Shown: positions 9,197 through 20,062, counted from the first letter of the stretch. The stretch: DNA of 64,000 nucleotides from Nitrosopumilus sp. (GCA_963667665.2 OY763927.2:1216001-1280000); one strand, 5' to 3'. Made by a program: numbers and translations. Notes: generated by a model from the letters alone, not told the origin.

Positions 9197-9804
9197 TGAC
9201 CCATCATTTCAACAAACTGTTGTTCAGTTCGTTTTTGCATTACAGGGTTAGTGATTTTTTCTTCTCCAATAGTTGATATTTCAGAAATTCCATAATTGTG
9301 GCCAGAATACAATACCAAATTGTCATCTAAGGAATGGAGAACATCAAAAAGGCTATGATAGAGTTCTTTTGCACTTCCTCCTGGTAAATCAATTCTACCA
9401 CAATTTCCAACAAATAATGTATCACCTGAGAAAATTTTACCATCACCTATTAGACAAATACTGTCCTTAGAATGTCCAGGAGTATGAATTACTTTTAATT
9501 TTGAATTACCAAATTCGATATAATCTCCATCTTTTACTGTAATGTCATGTTTTAATTCAGAAGATTCGTGTTGGATGATAGGAGCTTTAGTTGATTCTAC
9601 CATTGCTTCATTTCCTTGAGTATGATCAAAATGGTGATGAGTATTTACAATGTATTTTATTTTCAAATTATTTCTTTTTATGATCATTTCTAATTCGATT
9701 AGATCCCATGATGGATCAATTAGGATTGCTTCACTGGTATCTTCATCTTCTACAATATAGGTAAAGTTCTGCATATTTCCTACTTGAATTTGATGAACTT
9801 TCAT
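9193..9804 (-). CDS. MBL-fold metallo-hydrolase (glyoxalase II-like)
   Basis: THHHFDH, HTPGH, FSGDTLF, SGHNY. Confidence 0.92.
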   Translation of the reverse strand: MKVHQIQVGNMQNFTYIVEDEDTSEAILIDPSWDLIELEMIIKRNNLKIKYIVNTHHHFDHTQGNEAMVESTKAPIIQHESSELKHDITVKDGDYIEFGNSKLKVIHTPGHSKDSICLIGDGKIFSGDTLFVGNCGRIDLPGGSAKELYHSLFDVLHSLDDNLVLYSGHNYGISEISTIGEEKITNPVMQKRTEQQFVEMMGQ

Positions 9805-10448
9805 AGGATACCATCTTCAGCTTCAGGAGGTATTCCAATTTTTTCGGCAAACAATTCTCCAGTCAAATCTTTTCGTTTTGGAATTCCTTGTTTCATTTTA
9901 TGAAATGTGACTGTCATGTCACATTTTGTGTAGATGTTTGCAGTCTCGCCTGTTTGTGGATTTAATCCAGATGGCACATCTACTGCAAATTTGTAGCAAT
10001 CTGTTTGATTGATGTAAGTAATGGCAGATGCATATGGCTCTCGAATTTCTCCAGAGATACCAGTGCCAAAAATACCATCAACTATTACATCTGGTTTGAA
10101 ATCAAAATCAAAAGTATCTCCAGAAACTAGTTTCACAGATGGCATTTTCTGCAAGATTGACCAATTCCAATTACTTTCCTCAGTTTTGATTTTATCAGGA
10201 GTGCCAAGAAGCATTACTGTAACTTTTGCATGGTAACCAGCTAAATGTCTTGCCATTACCAAACCATCACCGCCATTATTTCCCAATCCTACAAAAATCA
10301 GAATATTTTTTGAATCTACATTTCCAAGTTTGTCAACTAATCGTCTAACTGATGCAGCACCTGCATTTTCCATCATGAACTTTTTTAAAAATCCCATATC
10401 ATGACCTTTGTTTTCAATTTGATACATTTGATCAACAGTAATTTCCAT
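9801..10448 (-). CDS. nnrE: NAD(P)H-hydrate epimerase (YjeF N-terminal domain)
   Basis: MMENAG, GNNGGDG, DGIFGTG, AVDVPSG. Confidence 0.93.
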   Translation of the reverse strand: MEITVDQMYQIENKGHDMGFLKKFMMENAGAASVRRLVDKLGNVDSKNILIFVGLGNNGGDGLVMARHLAGYHAKVTVMLLGTPDKIKTEESNWNWSILQKMPSVKLVSGDTFDFDFKPDVIVDGIFGTGISGEIREPYASAITYINQTDCYKFAVDVPSGLNPQTGETANIYTKCDMTVTFHKMKQGIPKRKDLTGELFAEKIGIPPEAEDGIL

Positions 10449-10568
10449 GATTTACAAGAAAATCATATCCAAAATAAGAGCTTTCGGAATGTGTTTTAAG
10501 TAAAAAATAATTTTTTACTCATTAATTCGAATGATTTATCAACTACCTACATCTAAAACCACTAAACA

Positions 10569-11855
10569 ATGAGTTCTGCAGGGAAAATAATAGGAATTGC
10601 AATTGTAATTATCATAATTATTGTAGGTTTAGGTTATGTAATTGGAGATTCAGATACAGAGATTAGCGAATCTACAGATTCAACAGTTGAAGAAATTTCA
10701 GAATTATCAGGTGTTGTCAATATAGGATTAATTTTACCGCTTTCAGGGGATTTAGCTACACATGGATTAGAAAATTTGGAAGGCTCAAAATTAGGAGTGA
10801 TTGAGTTTAACAAGCATTTAGAGGAAATAGGAGCTTCATGGACACTTAAAATGACTTCAGAGGATTCTGCAACTAACCCAGTTATTGCATTAGAAAAATT
10901 AACTTCACTAAATGCTAAAGGAATTAAAATGATAGTCGGTCCTGAAACAAGTTCTAACATTAGAAACATGAAGGGGTATTCAGATTCAAACAACATGTTA
11001 CTAGTTAGTTGTTGTTCATCAGCTCCATCTTTGGCGATTCCAAATGACAGTGTGTATCGTCTAGTTCCAGATGATTCTAATCAAGGCACTGCACTTTCAA
11101 AGCTAATTCAACATGAAGGAATTGAAGTATTAGTTCCTGTTTGGAGAGGAGATACGTGGGGTGATGGATTAAGTGCTGCTACTACTAGTTCATTTGTTCA
11201 ACGTGGTGGAATTATAGATGAGGGTGTTCGTTATAATCCCGAGTCTCCAGAATTTTCTGCATCAACATCATTACTTGCTGAAATAGTTCAAGGACATGTT
11301 GATGAGTATGGAAAAGATAAGGTAGCTGTTATGTTTTTAGGATTTGCTGAAATTTTACAATTTGTACAATCTGCAGACCAACATGAGATTTTGGATGATG
11401 TTAGATGGTTTGGACCAGGAGCTAATACTAAAGAACATAAATTAATTGATGATCCAATTGGTTTAGACTTTTCAACTAATGTTCAATTTACTACAGTTCA
11501 ATTTGCAGCATCTAAAATGACCGATACTGGTGATGTAAATCCAATTTATGAGAAAGTGCAAGATCATCTAACTGAAACTTTGGGAACAGCACCTAACTCA
11601 TTTGTGCTTTCTTCATATGATGCTGTATGGATTATTGGTTTATCAATGCTTGAAACTCAAAGCACGGATGTCACTAAAATAAAATCAGTAATTTCAGATA
11701 TTGCAGAAAACTATAGCGGCGCAATTGGTCCCACAATACTCAATGAGGCAGGTGATTTGGCACAAGCAAATTATGAAGTCTGGGGAATCAGAGGCGGCGA
11801 GTGGGTATTATTAGGACAATATACGCAATCTACTGATTCAATTTCACTAATTTAG
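10569..11855 (+). CDS. Branched-chain amino acid-type ABC transporter substrate-binding protein (LivK/LivJ family)
   Basis: IGLILPLSG, IVGPETSS, YRLVPDDSNQG, SYDAVW; N-terminal membrane anchor. Confidence 0.88.
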   Translation: MSSAGKIIGIAIVIIIIIVGLGYVIGDSDTEISESTDSTVEEISELSGVVNIGLILPLSGDLATHGLENLEGSKLGVIEFNKHLEEIGASWTLKMTSEDSATNPVIALEKLTSLNAKGIKMIVGPETSSNIRNMKGYSDSNNMLLVSCCSSAPSLAIPNDSVYRLVPDDSNQGTALSKLIQHEGIEVLVPVWRGDTWGDGLSAATTSSFVQRGGIIDEGVRYNPESPEFSASTSLLAEIVQGHVDEYGKDKVAVMFLGFAEILQFVQSADQHEILDDVRWFGPGANTKEHKLIDDPIGLDFSTNVQFTTVQFAASKMTDTGDVNPIYEKVQDHLTETLGTAPNSFVLSSYDAVWIIGLSMLETQSTDVTKIKSVISDIAENYSGAIGPTILNEAGDLAQANYEVWGIRGGEWVLLGQYTQSTDSISLI

Positions 11856-12583
11856 GAAAGTCCCAAGTATAACTTTCCAAGTTCAGGATGAGCCAATAAT
11901 TCATCAGGTTTTCCTTTGAACACACCCTTTCCATTGGCAAAAAGATAAACAAAATCAGCCAAAGTAATGGCTCTTTTGACATTTTGCTCTACTAGAATAA
12001 TTGTAATTCCAAAATCATCTCTTAGTTGTTTAATTTTTGAGAGCACTTCATTAGCTAGCTTTGGAGAAAGGCTAGCAGTTGGTTCATCAAAAAGCATTAC
12101 ATTTGGCTGTCGAATCAGTGCCATACCCATAGCAAGCATTTGACGTTCTCCCCCACTGAGGGTATTTGATTTTGATTTTTCATATTTTTTTAATACAGGA
12201 AATGTCTCAAATATTTCAGGTATTCTCTGAGACACAAGTTTTGAATTTAAGGTATAACTTGCCATAATTAGATTTTCCTTGATAGTAAGATTAGAAAATA
12301 CATTATCTACTTGTGGAAGATATGCAATTTTTTTTCTGGCAACTTTATGAGGTGCAAGACGGGTAATTTTTTCACCATTATAACTAATGTCTCCAGAATA
12401 TACAGTACATAAACCAAAAATACTTTTGAGCAAAGTACTTTTTCCACTTCCATTTGGTCCCACCACTACAGTAATTTCTTTTTCTTTTGCATCAAAATCT
12501 ACATCAAACAGAATATGACTATTAACATATCCAGAGTTTAGCGCATCTACATGAATAGTTGAATGAATAGTTTTTTGTGACAT
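11852..12583 (-). CDS. livF: Liv-type ABC ATP-binding protein (LivF-like)
   Basis: GPNGSGKS, LSGGERQMLAMG, LVEQNV. Confidence 0.88.
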   Translation of the reverse strand: MSQKTIHSTIHVDALNSGYVNSHILFDVDFDAKEKEITVVVGPNGSGKSTLLKSIFGLCTVYSGDISYNGEKITRLAPHKVARKKIAYLPQVDNVFSNLTIKENLIMASYTLNSKLVSQRIPEIFETFPVLKKYEKSKSNTLSGGERQMLAMGMALIRQPNVMLFDEPTASLSPKLANEVLSKIKQLRDDFGITIILVEQNVKRAITLADFVYLFANGKGVFKGKPDELLAHPELGKLYLGLS

Positions 12584-13339
12584 TTATTCTCCCAGATAAG
12601 ATTCCATTACTTTTGGATGTTTAATGATTTCATCAGAACTTCCTTGTGCAATAATTTTTCCTCTATTCATTGCAAAGACATGATCTGCATATTGTAATGC
12701 AATGTCTAATCTATGCTCAACAATTAAAAATGTAATTTTTTGTTTTTTACAAAGATTTGAAATTTTTTCAAATATCTCATGTGCTAATGTTGGATTTACT
12801 CCTGCAATAGGCTCATCCATAAGAATCATCGAAGCACCAGACATCATTGCTCTACCTAATTCAAGAAGTTTTTGCTGACCGCCACTTAGATTTCGACTTG
12901 TAGTATCCTTTTTTTCCACAAGATTAACCATTTCCATTATTTCCATTGCTTTATCTGCAATTCTTTTCTCATCATTTTCCCATTTTGATTTTAATGGCGC
13001 CATAAGAAATGATTCACCGGCATTGCCATTACTAGAAATTAAAAAATTCTCCATAGTTGTAAGAGTGTTAAATGGTTGAGGTATCTGCCAAGTTCTAATC
13101 AGACCTGTATTGTAGGTATCAAACAATCCTTTTTGAGTAATATCAGTTCCATCAAAAATTATCTTACCATTATCTGGTTTTAGAAGACCAGAAACTACAT
13201 TGATGAGTGTTGTTTTTCCACTTCCATTTGGGCCAATTAGCTGATATAATTTCCCTTGTTCTATTTCCATATCAATTCCATCTAAAACAGTAAAACTGTC
13301 AAAATGCTTTCTGATACCTGAAATAGATAAAATACTCAT
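12584..13339 (-). CDS. livG: Liv-type ABC ATP-binding protein (LivG-like)
   Basis: GPNGSGKTT, LSGGQQKLLELGRA, DEPIAGVNP, C-terminal VMESYLG. Confidence 0.88.
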   Translation of the reverse strand: MSILSISGIRKHFDSFTVLDGIDMEIEQGKLYQLIGPNGSGKTTLINVVSGLLKPDNGKIIFDGTDITQKGLFDTYNTGLIRTWQIPQPFNTLTTMENFLISSNGNAGESFLMAPLKSKWENDEKRIADKAMEIMEMVNLVEKKDTTSRNLSGGQQKLLELGRAMMSGASMILMDEPIAGVNPTLAHEIFEKISNLCKKQKITFLIVEHRLDIALQYADHVFAMNRGKIIAQGSSDEIIKHPKVMESYLGE

Positions 13340-13392
13340 CAAAACATCAAAGGCGTAAAGAAATTAAGGGTTTTCGATCTTGGAATGATAAC

Positions 13393-14319
13393 TTGGCACT
13401 TGATCCAATATTTTCTGATGCTATAATTTTTGCAAGTCTTTTAGCTCTTCTCAGTATCGGACTTACACTCACATATCTTACAACTAGAGTTCCAAATTTT
13501 GCTCATGCCTCATTTGCTACTATTGGTGTATACATTGCATTAGTTGCGACAAGAGTTTGGGAGAGTTCACCATACATTGCAATTCCAATTGCATTTGTAA
13601 TTTCAGGAATAGTAGCTGTTGCTTTGTATACTTTTATTTTAAAACCATTAATTCGTAAAGGTGCTTCTCAAGCAATTCAGATGGTAGCAACTTTGGCATT
13701 TGATTTAATTGTAATTGCAATGCTAAACATTTTTGCAGATTATATCGTAAATACATATCAAGTTACATCTAGAGAATTTACACTACGAAGTTATGATGTA
13801 GAATTTATGGGACTGCCAGTGATTGTCTTTGCAGCACCAATTACAATTGCTATTTTAGCAATCACACTACATGTTGTGTTAAGGAAAACAAAATTTGGAA
13901 TTGCAATGAGGGCTGCAACTGAAAATTCTGACTTGTCAGGAATAGTTGGAATTAATGTAAAGTTGATTTTTGGTATATCATGGCTTTTAGGTGGAGGTAT
14001 AGCAGGAATAGCTGGTGCTCTAATGTCATTATGGTTTCAAGGAGACCCAAATTTAGGTCCGCAACTAATACCAAGTGTATTTGCAGCAAGTATTGTAGGA
14101 GGATTTTTCAGCATTTATGGAGCAATAGCTGGAGGTATACTAGTTGGACTAACTGAAGTTTTAGGAACACGATTTTTAGCTGGTGAATTAGGTTCTTGGT
14201 TGATTGCATACAGACCACTAATTCCACTGGTGTTCATTGTAGTTACATTACTATTAGCACCACGCGGATTGGCAGGAATAAACTGGTCAAGATTGAGGAG
14301 ACATGGTTCTAGAAGCTGA
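13393..14319 (+). CDS. livH: Liv-type ABC permease (LivH-like)
   Basis: IGLTLTY...PNFAH, TKFGIAMRA, GIVGINV. Confidence 0.88.
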   Translation: MALDPIFSDAIIFASLLALLSIGLTLTYLTTRVPNFAHASFATIGVYIALVATRVWESSPYIAIPIAFVISGIVAVALYTFILKPLIRKGASQAIQMVATLAFDLIVIAMLNIFADYIVNTYQVTSREFTLRSYDVEFMGLPVIVFAAPITIAILAITLHVVLRKTKFGIAMRAATENSDLSGIVGINVKLIFGISWLLGGGIAGIAGALMSLWFQGDPNLGPQLIPSVFAASIVGGFFSIYGAIAGGILVGLTEVLGTRFLAGELGSWLIAYRPLIPLVFIVVTLLLAPRGLAGINWSRLRRHGSRS

Positions 14320-15370
14320 AATAGTTTTCATTGTAGATTTACTTGCAATTTTTGCAATCTACCTTATTGTTAATCTAAGCTTAAACATGGAGTTTGGATA
14401 TGCTGGAATTCCAAATTTTGGAAAAGTTCTAGCAGTTGGTGCAGGTGCATTTGTTGCAGCATCAATTCCAGGAAGAATTTTTGCAAACATTGCAGGAATA
14501 GAGGGGGACTATATTGAAAACAATTTAGCCATAGTTTCTGAAATTAATGTTTGGTTAGTGGATAATACTGGAATTGGATTCATTGTATTCTTTTTGACAC
14601 TAGGTATTGCAGCAGCCGTAGGTGGAGGTTTAGGATTACTTACTGCATATCCTGCCATACGACTACGAGGAGATTATCTAGCAATTTCATTGCTAGCTTT
14701 TGGTGAAAGTATAAGAATAATTGGAAATAACTTTACACCGCTAGTTGGCGGTACGCTTGGTGTTCAAGTACCAGATCCACTATCATTTCTTCCAGGAGAA
14801 TTACGATTCCCAATAGCTACTATTGGATTGATCCTAATTGCAATTGTTGTGTATGTGTTTAGCGAAAAAATGATTCGTTCACCACTTGGAAGAATGCTTA
14901 GAGCAGTTAGAGATAACGAAGTGGCAGCTGAATCACTTGGAAAAAACACTACACAGATAAGAATTAAAATAATTATTGTATCTGCAGCACTTGCAGCAAT
15001 AGCAGGTGCATTGTATGCATTTTATGTTGGTGGAACAATTGCCTTTGCGTACGATAGAGCAAGTTGGACTTTTTGGCCATTTCTTATGATTCTCATAGGA
15101 GGATTAGCAAATAACAAAGGAGTACTCATTGGAACACTTCTCTTTGTTACACTACGAAAATTCATTATATTTTTCAAAGATTCATTTCAAGAATATGTCC
15201 CATTTGATGTTGTATGGTTAGACTTTTTGTTGCTTGGAATAATTTTGCTTGCAGTTTTATTATATAGACCACAAGGAATTTTTATTGAAAAGCCGACACC
15301 AACTATTACTCTAAATGGAAATAGTGAACCGTCAGGATTAAAGAAGATGTTTAATTTCTTTTTTAAATAG
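14303..15370 (+). CDS. livM: Liv-type ABC permease (LivM-like)
   Basis: RLRGDYLAI, SPLGRMLRAVRDNEVAAESLG, YRPQGI. Confidence 0.88.
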   Translation: MVLEAEIVFIVDLLAIFAIYLIVNLSLNMEFGYAGIPNFGKVLAVGAGAFVAASIPGRIFANIAGIEGDYIENNLAIVSEINVWLVDNTGIGFIVFFLTLGIAAAVGGGLGLLTAYPAIRLRGDYLAISLLAFGESIRIIGNNFTPLVGGTLGVQVPDPLSFLPGELRFPIATIGLILIAIVVYVFSEKMIRSPLGRMLRAVRDNEVAAESLGKNTTQIRIKIIIVSAALAAIAGALYAFYVGGTIAFAYDRASWTFWPFLMILIGGLANNKGVLIGTLLFVTLRKFIIFFKDSFQEYVPFDVVWLDFLLLGIILLAVLLYRPQGIFIEKPTPTITLNGNSEPSGLKKMFNFFFK

Positions 15371-15444
15371 AATATTACAAGCAAGATTGTCAAAACATTG
15401 GATTTAGCAAACGACTTTATCCTAGTTTTTAGACATTATCAAGC

Positions 15445-16059
15445 ATGACATTAAAGAATGTAAAACCATCACTAAACAAAATTGCAAAATCTTTAGAGAG
15501 TATCCAAGAAGCAAGGGAATTTCTACTAAAAAATACAAGAGAGATAATTATTCTCTGTAGCAGATCAATTATTGCAGTTCATAAAGGAGATCTAAAGACT
15601 GGAAAAAATAATTTGAAACAAGCAGACAAATTATTGAAAAAATATAAGAAAAAAGCAACAGGTGGACTTAGAAGATATCTAATTACACCAGAACAGGAAT
15701 TTGTAGAAGCTGCTTGTCTTATTGCAATTGTTGAAAAAAAAGAAATTCCTTCAGATAAGAAATTGTCAGTAATGCCAGAATCATATGTTTTAGGATTATT
15801 GGATTGTGTAGGTGAATTGAAAAGAATGGTATTTGATAAAATTAGAATAGGCAAGATTGATGAGGCTACAAAGATTTTTGAAGTAATGGAGAATTTGTAT
15901 CTTCATCTTTACACTTTTTCATTGTATGATAAAGTGGTAAAAGAGGCTAGAAGAAAAATCGATGTAAATAGAATTTTAGTAGATGATGTCAGATCTGCAA
16001 TTACAGAAGAGAAAAGGCGAAGTGAGCTAATCAAGACTTTACAAAAACTCAAGAAATAA
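15445..16059 (+). CDS. Translin/TRAX (C3PO)-family RNA-binding protein
   Basis: EQEFVEA, YVLGLLDCVGELKR, RRKIDV. Confidence 0.85.
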   Translation: MTLKNVKPSLNKIAKSLESIQEAREFLLKNTREIIILCSRSIIAVHKGDLKTGKNNLKQADKLLKKYKKKATGGLRRYLITPEQEFVEAACLIAIVEKKEIPSDKKLSVMPESYVLGLLDCVGELKRMVFDKIRIGKIDEATKIFEVMENLYLHLYTFSLYDKVVKEARRKIDVNRILVDDVRSAITEEKRRSELIKTLQKLKK

Positions 16060-16075
16060 TTTTTAAAATTCTGTA

Positions 16076-16160
16076 TGCGGGCGATGGGATTTGAACCCAC
16101 GAACTCCTGAGAGACTAGCCCCTCAAGCTAGCGCCTTTGGCCAGGCTGGGCGACGCCCGC
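16076..16160 (-). tRNA. tRNA-Leu(GAG)
   Basis: GCGGGCG acceptor; anticodon arm CTAGC-TTGAGGG-GCTAG; long variable arm; GGTTCAAATCC. Confidence 0.95.
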
Positions 16161-16212
16161 AATGAAATTTCCTTGTATGGTTTTTATAATCCTTGATTAC
16201 TTTTTTGTTCGT

Positions 16213-16449
16213 ATGTTAGTTCCTGTTAGATGTTTTACCTGTGGAAATTTAATTGCAGATAAATTTGAAGAATATCAAAATAAAGTAAAATCAGGGGAAG
16301 AACCAGAAAAAGTTCTAGATTCTTTGGGACTTGAGAGATATTGTTGTAGAAGAATGCTTTTGACTACTGTTGAGACAATTCAACAAGTAATTCCATTCTA
16401 TGAAGCAATTCAGAAAAGAAAACAGGAAGTTCAAGCTGAGTTAGAATAA
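16213..16449 (+). CDS. rpoN: DNA-directed RNA polymerase subunit N (Rpo10)
   Basis: [11 protein letters not shown]...RYCCRRM; true start is the ATG at 16213. Confidence 0.97.
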   Translation: MLVPVRCFTCGNLIADKFEEYQNKVKSGEEPEKVLDSLGLERYCCRRMLLTTVETIQQVIPFYEAIQKRKQEVQAELE

Positions 16450-16450
16450 C

Positions 16451-17689
16451 TTGTCCAAGATTTCCTCGATTGAAGGACGTATTTTATATAATAGTAGAGG
16501 AAGCAAGACAATTGAAATAGATGTAAAATCAGAAGGTAAATTTCTTGGAAGAGTTTGTGCGCCATCAGGTGCCAGTGTAGGAAAATATGAAGCAGTAAGT
16601 TTTCCTAATGGAAAACCAGAAGAAAGTCTAAGAATAATTCAAGAAAATTCTCAAAAATTTATTGGATTAGAATCTTCAGATCTTAAAGGAATTCACGACA
16701 CTCTAAAAAGTCTGGATAATTCTACAAACTATTCAGAAATTGGAGGTGCACTTGCTTTTGCAGTGACAATTGCATCAATGGAATCAGCCTCAAAATCATC
16801 AGGAGAACCATTGTTTAAAACACTGTCATCAGAATCCTCATTCAAATTTCCATTTCCAATAGGAAATATTTTGGGAGGTGGAGCACATGCAGGACCTGGA
16901 ACACCAGACATTCAAGAGATTTTGATTTGTCCAACAGGGTCAAAGACTATAGAAAATGCTATTGAAACTAATTTGGCAGTACATAAAGAATTACGTAATG
17001 TTTTAGAAAAAGAAGATCCTAACTTTACTAACGGAAGAGGTGATGAAGGTGGATGGGCACCAAAATTAGAAAATGAAAAAGCATTAGAAGTTTCTGTAAA
17101 AGCTTGTGAAAATTTAGGATTTACTTTAGGAAAAGAGGTATCATTGGGGGTAGACTTTGCATCATCTACACAATGGAATGAAGAAAAACAAAAGTATGTT
17201 TATGACAGAGCTGGATTTGAAAATTCTACTGGAGAACAGATTGATTTTGCAGCAAATATTATTGAAAAATATAAATTAATTTATGCAGAGGATGCAGTCC
17301 ACGAAGAAGCATTTGAAGACATGGGAGAATTGACTGCCAAATTTCCAAACATACTGATTACAGGAGATGATTTGATAGTTACAAGCAAAGATATCCTGAC
17401 AAAAGCTATTGATTCAAAATCATGTAATGCAGCAATTCTAAAAGTAAATCAAGCAGGTAGTCTTTATGATGCTCTTGAATTTGCCAGTGTTGCAAATCAA
17501 AACAATATCAAATTAATCACATCACACAGATCGGGAGAATCAATTGATTCACAAATATCTCATATAGGAATAGCAACAAAATCAAAAATGCTCAAAGTTG
17601 GAGTAGTTGGTGGAGAAAGAGTAGCAAAACTCAATGAACTATTACGCCTATCAGAGCATGATTTAATACGCGGTATGGCAGAGATTTAA
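16451..17689 (+). CDS. eno: Enolase
   Basis: SRG, APSGAS, GDEGG, ILKVNQ, SHRSGE, ERVAKLNELLR. Confidence 0.95.
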   Translation: MSKISSIEGRILYNSRGSKTIEIDVKSEGKFLGRVCAPSGASVGKYEAVSFPNGKPEESLRIIQENSQKFIGLESSDLKGIHDTLKSLDNSTNYSEIGGALAFAVTIASMESASKSSGEPLFKTLSSESSFKFPFPIGNILGGGAHAGPGTPDIQEILICPTGSKTIENAIETNLAVHKELRNVLEKEDPNFTNGRGDEGGWAPKLENEKALEVSVKACENLGFTLGKEVSLGVDFASSTQWNEEKQKYVYDRAGFENSTGEQIDFAANIIEKYKLIYAEDAVHEEAFEDMGELTAKFPNILITGDDLIVTSKDILTKAIDSKSCNAAILKVNQAGSLYDALEFASVANQNNIKLITSHRSGESIDSQISHIGIATKSKMLKVGVVGGERVAKLNELLRLSEHDLIRGMAEI

Positions 17690-17696
17690 AATCGTC

Positions 17697-18320
17697 ATGA
17701 GTCAACAAGCAGAAGCAATAGACATCAAAAAGAAAATTTTAGCTACTGGAATTAGAGTAGGAACTCAAGTAAAGACAAAATTCATGAGGCCATTTATCAC
17801 TACAGCCAGTCCTGAAGGACTTTACATGCTTGATTTAGACATTACATTAGAGAAAATCAAAACTGCTGCGAAATTTATCAACAGAATAGGAACAGACAAT
17901 ATCATTGTATGTACAGGAAGACGATATGCAGAAACACCAATTGAAAAATTCTGTGAGATGTTAGATGCTAAGAAACTCCTTGGAAGATTCATGCCAGGAA
18001 CTTTGACAAATCCTTCATTGCCATATTATATTGAACCAAAATTAGTCTTAATTTCAGATCCACAAGTGGATGAGCAAGCAATTACAGAAGCAACGAATGC
18101 AGGTATTCCAGTCATAGGAATTGCAAATACGGATAATATTACATCAAAACTAGATGTAATTATTCCAGCAAACAATAGAGGAAGAAAAGCTCTTGCAACA
18201 GTTTACTGGTTATTGGTACGTCAAATTCTCATTGAAAGAGGAGAACTAAAAGAAAACGAATCAATGAAATATGAAATCGATGATTTTGAAACAAAGATTA
18301 CAGAAGAGGAAATCGAATAA
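17697..18320 (+). CDS. rps2: 30S ribosomal protein uS2
   Basis: GRFMPGTLTNP, IPANNRGRKAL. Confidence 0.97.
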   Translation: MSQQAEAIDIKKKILATGIRVGTQVKTKFMRPFITTASPEGLYMLDLDITLEKIKTAAKFINRIGTDNIIVCTGRRYAETPIEKFCEMLDAKKLLGRFMPGTLTNPSLPYYIEPKLVLISDPQVDEQAITEATNAGIPVIGIANTDNITSKLDVIIPANNRGRKALATVYWLLVRQILIERGELKENESMKYEIDDFETKITEEEIE

Positions 18321-18346
18321 ATCATTAAAAATTTTAAAGTGTTCAC

Positions 18347-19294
18347 TTGAAATCTAAAGCATCTGCTCCAGGAAAAGTTATTCTTTTTGGAGAACATTTT
18401 GTAGTATATGGAGTAAAAGTAATTCTTTGTGCAATCAATAAACGAATTACCGTCATTGCAGAAAAAGTAAAAGAAGAAGAAATATCTATCAAATCAAACA
18501 TAGGGGATTTAATTTTAAAACCAAACAAACCTATTGCAGAAATTGATTCTCCTCTAAAACCACTATACTATTTAGCAGACAAAATATTACAAAAACAAAA
18601 TCAAACTACAGGAATTAAAATTACAGTAGAATCAGACATTCCATTGGGAGTGGGTTTAGGTTCATCATCTGCTTGTTGTGTTGCAGGTGCTGCAGCAATT
18701 TCTAGATTATTTACAGAAACATCAAAAGAAGAAATTCTTGAACTTGCAATTGAAGCTGAAAAAACTATGTTTCAAAACACTTCAGGAGCAGATTGTACAG
18801 TTTGTACATATGGAGGAATTATGGAATATGATAAAAAAAATGGATTTACCAAAATAAGATCTGAACCCAATTTTCATCTTGTTATTGCAAATTCAAACAT
18901 AGAACATTCTACAGAATTAGTAGTTGCAGGAGTAAAACAATTCAAAGAAGAAAATGAAATTGAATTTTCCAAGTTATGCAATGATGAATCAAAATTAGTT
19001 GAAGATGTTCTAAAATTATTAAAAGACAACAACATCAAAGAATTAGGACATAAAATAAGTCAGAATCAGAAATATCTAGAGGTAATAGGAATTTCAAATG
19101 AAAAATTAAGAGACATGATCCTAATTGGAGAAAAATCATCATTTGGAGCAAAAATTACAGGTGCGGGAGGAGGTGGATGTATCTTTGCCTTGACAGATAA
19201 AACAAATTTGGAGCAGTCAATCAATCAATTCACAGATAAAAATTATGACTGCTTTTCTGTAAAAATTGATTTCAAAGGACTGGATACTTTTTAA
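18347..19294 (+). CDS. mvk: Mevalonate kinase
   Basis: APGKVILFGEHFVVYG, PLGVGLGSS, SGAD, KITGAGGGG. Confidence 0.95.
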   Translation: MKSKASAPGKVILFGEHFVVYGVKVILCAINKRITVIAEKVKEEEISIKSNIGDLILKPNKPIAEIDSPLKPLYYLADKILQKQNQTTGIKITVESDIPLGVGLGSSSACCVAGAAAISRLFTETSKEEILELAIEAEKTMFQNTSGADCTVCTYGGIMEYDKKNGFTKIRSEPNFHLVIANSNIEHSTELVVAGVKQFKEENEIEFSKLCNDESKLVEDVLKLLKDNNIKELGHKISQNQKYLEVIGISNEKLRDMILIGEKSSFGAKITGAGGGGCIFALTDKTNLEQSINQFTDKNYDCFSVKIDFKGLDTF

Positions 19295-19317
19295 TTAACT
19301 ACACAATTTGGAACAGC

Positions 19318-20061
19318 ATGATTCTAATAAAATTAGGTGGTTCAATTATCACAAATAAAGAAAAACCATTATCAGTTAGAAGAAAAACAATAGAAAAAAT
19401 TGCTAAGAGTTTAAAAAAAATCGATGAAACAATGATTATTGTTCATGGTGGTGGTTCCTATGGACATTATTGGTCTGTAAAATATAATATGCATACAAAA
19501 GAAAAAAAGTATGATCTTAGAGGAGTAGCAATTGTAAAAAATTCAATGATCGAATTAAACAAGATTGTTTTGGATTCATTATTAAAAAATAAATTAAATC
19601 CATATTGTTTTCCACCATCAAATTTTATGTTAGGAAACAAACCAATTTCAAAAAAGATTGAAGAAATAGAAAAAATTGCAAAATCAGGCTTAATTCCAGT
19701 AACATATGGAGATGCATTATGGTACGGTCAACAAAAAACATACATTTTGTCAGGTGACAAGATAATGACGCATCTTGCAAAAATTTTAAAACCAAGACTT
19801 AGCATTTTTGTTCTAAATGAAGATGGATTGTACTCTGATCTCAAATCAAAAAAATTAATTTATGAATTAAAGGGTAAACGTCCTTCAATTTCAGAAAATA
19901 AAAAAGATGTCACTGGTGGAATGGTTAGAAAAGTAGAGGAGGCCTCAAAGATTTCAAAAATGGGAATAAATGTATTTTTTGTAAATGGAAACAAACCTGA
20001 AAGAATTGTGAAAGCTGTTAAAAATAGGAAATTTGAAGGGACATTGTTTAGAGGAAAATGA
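19318..20061 (+). CDS. ipk: Isopentenyl phosphate kinase
   Basis: IKLGGSIITNK, VHGGGSYGH, SGD, DVTGGM; mevalonate gene context. Confidence 0.92.
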   Translation: MILIKLGGSIITNKEKPLSVRRKTIEKIAKSLKKIDETMIIVHGGGSYGHYWSVKYNMHTKEKKYDLRGVAIVKNSMIELNKIVLDSLLKNKLNPYCFPPSNFMLGNKPISKKIEEIEKIAKSGLIPVTYGDALWYGQQKTYILSGDKIMTHLAKILKPRLSIFVLNEDGLYSDLKSKKLIYELKGKRPSISENKKDVTGGMVRKVEEASKISKMGINVFFVNGNKPERIVKAVKNRKFEGTLFRGK

Positions 20062-20062
20062 A

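Noticed and set aside
16162-16212. N-terminal extension of RpoN
   Set aside because: Lies in the divergent tRNA-Leu/rpoN promoter; the family starts at MLVPVRC
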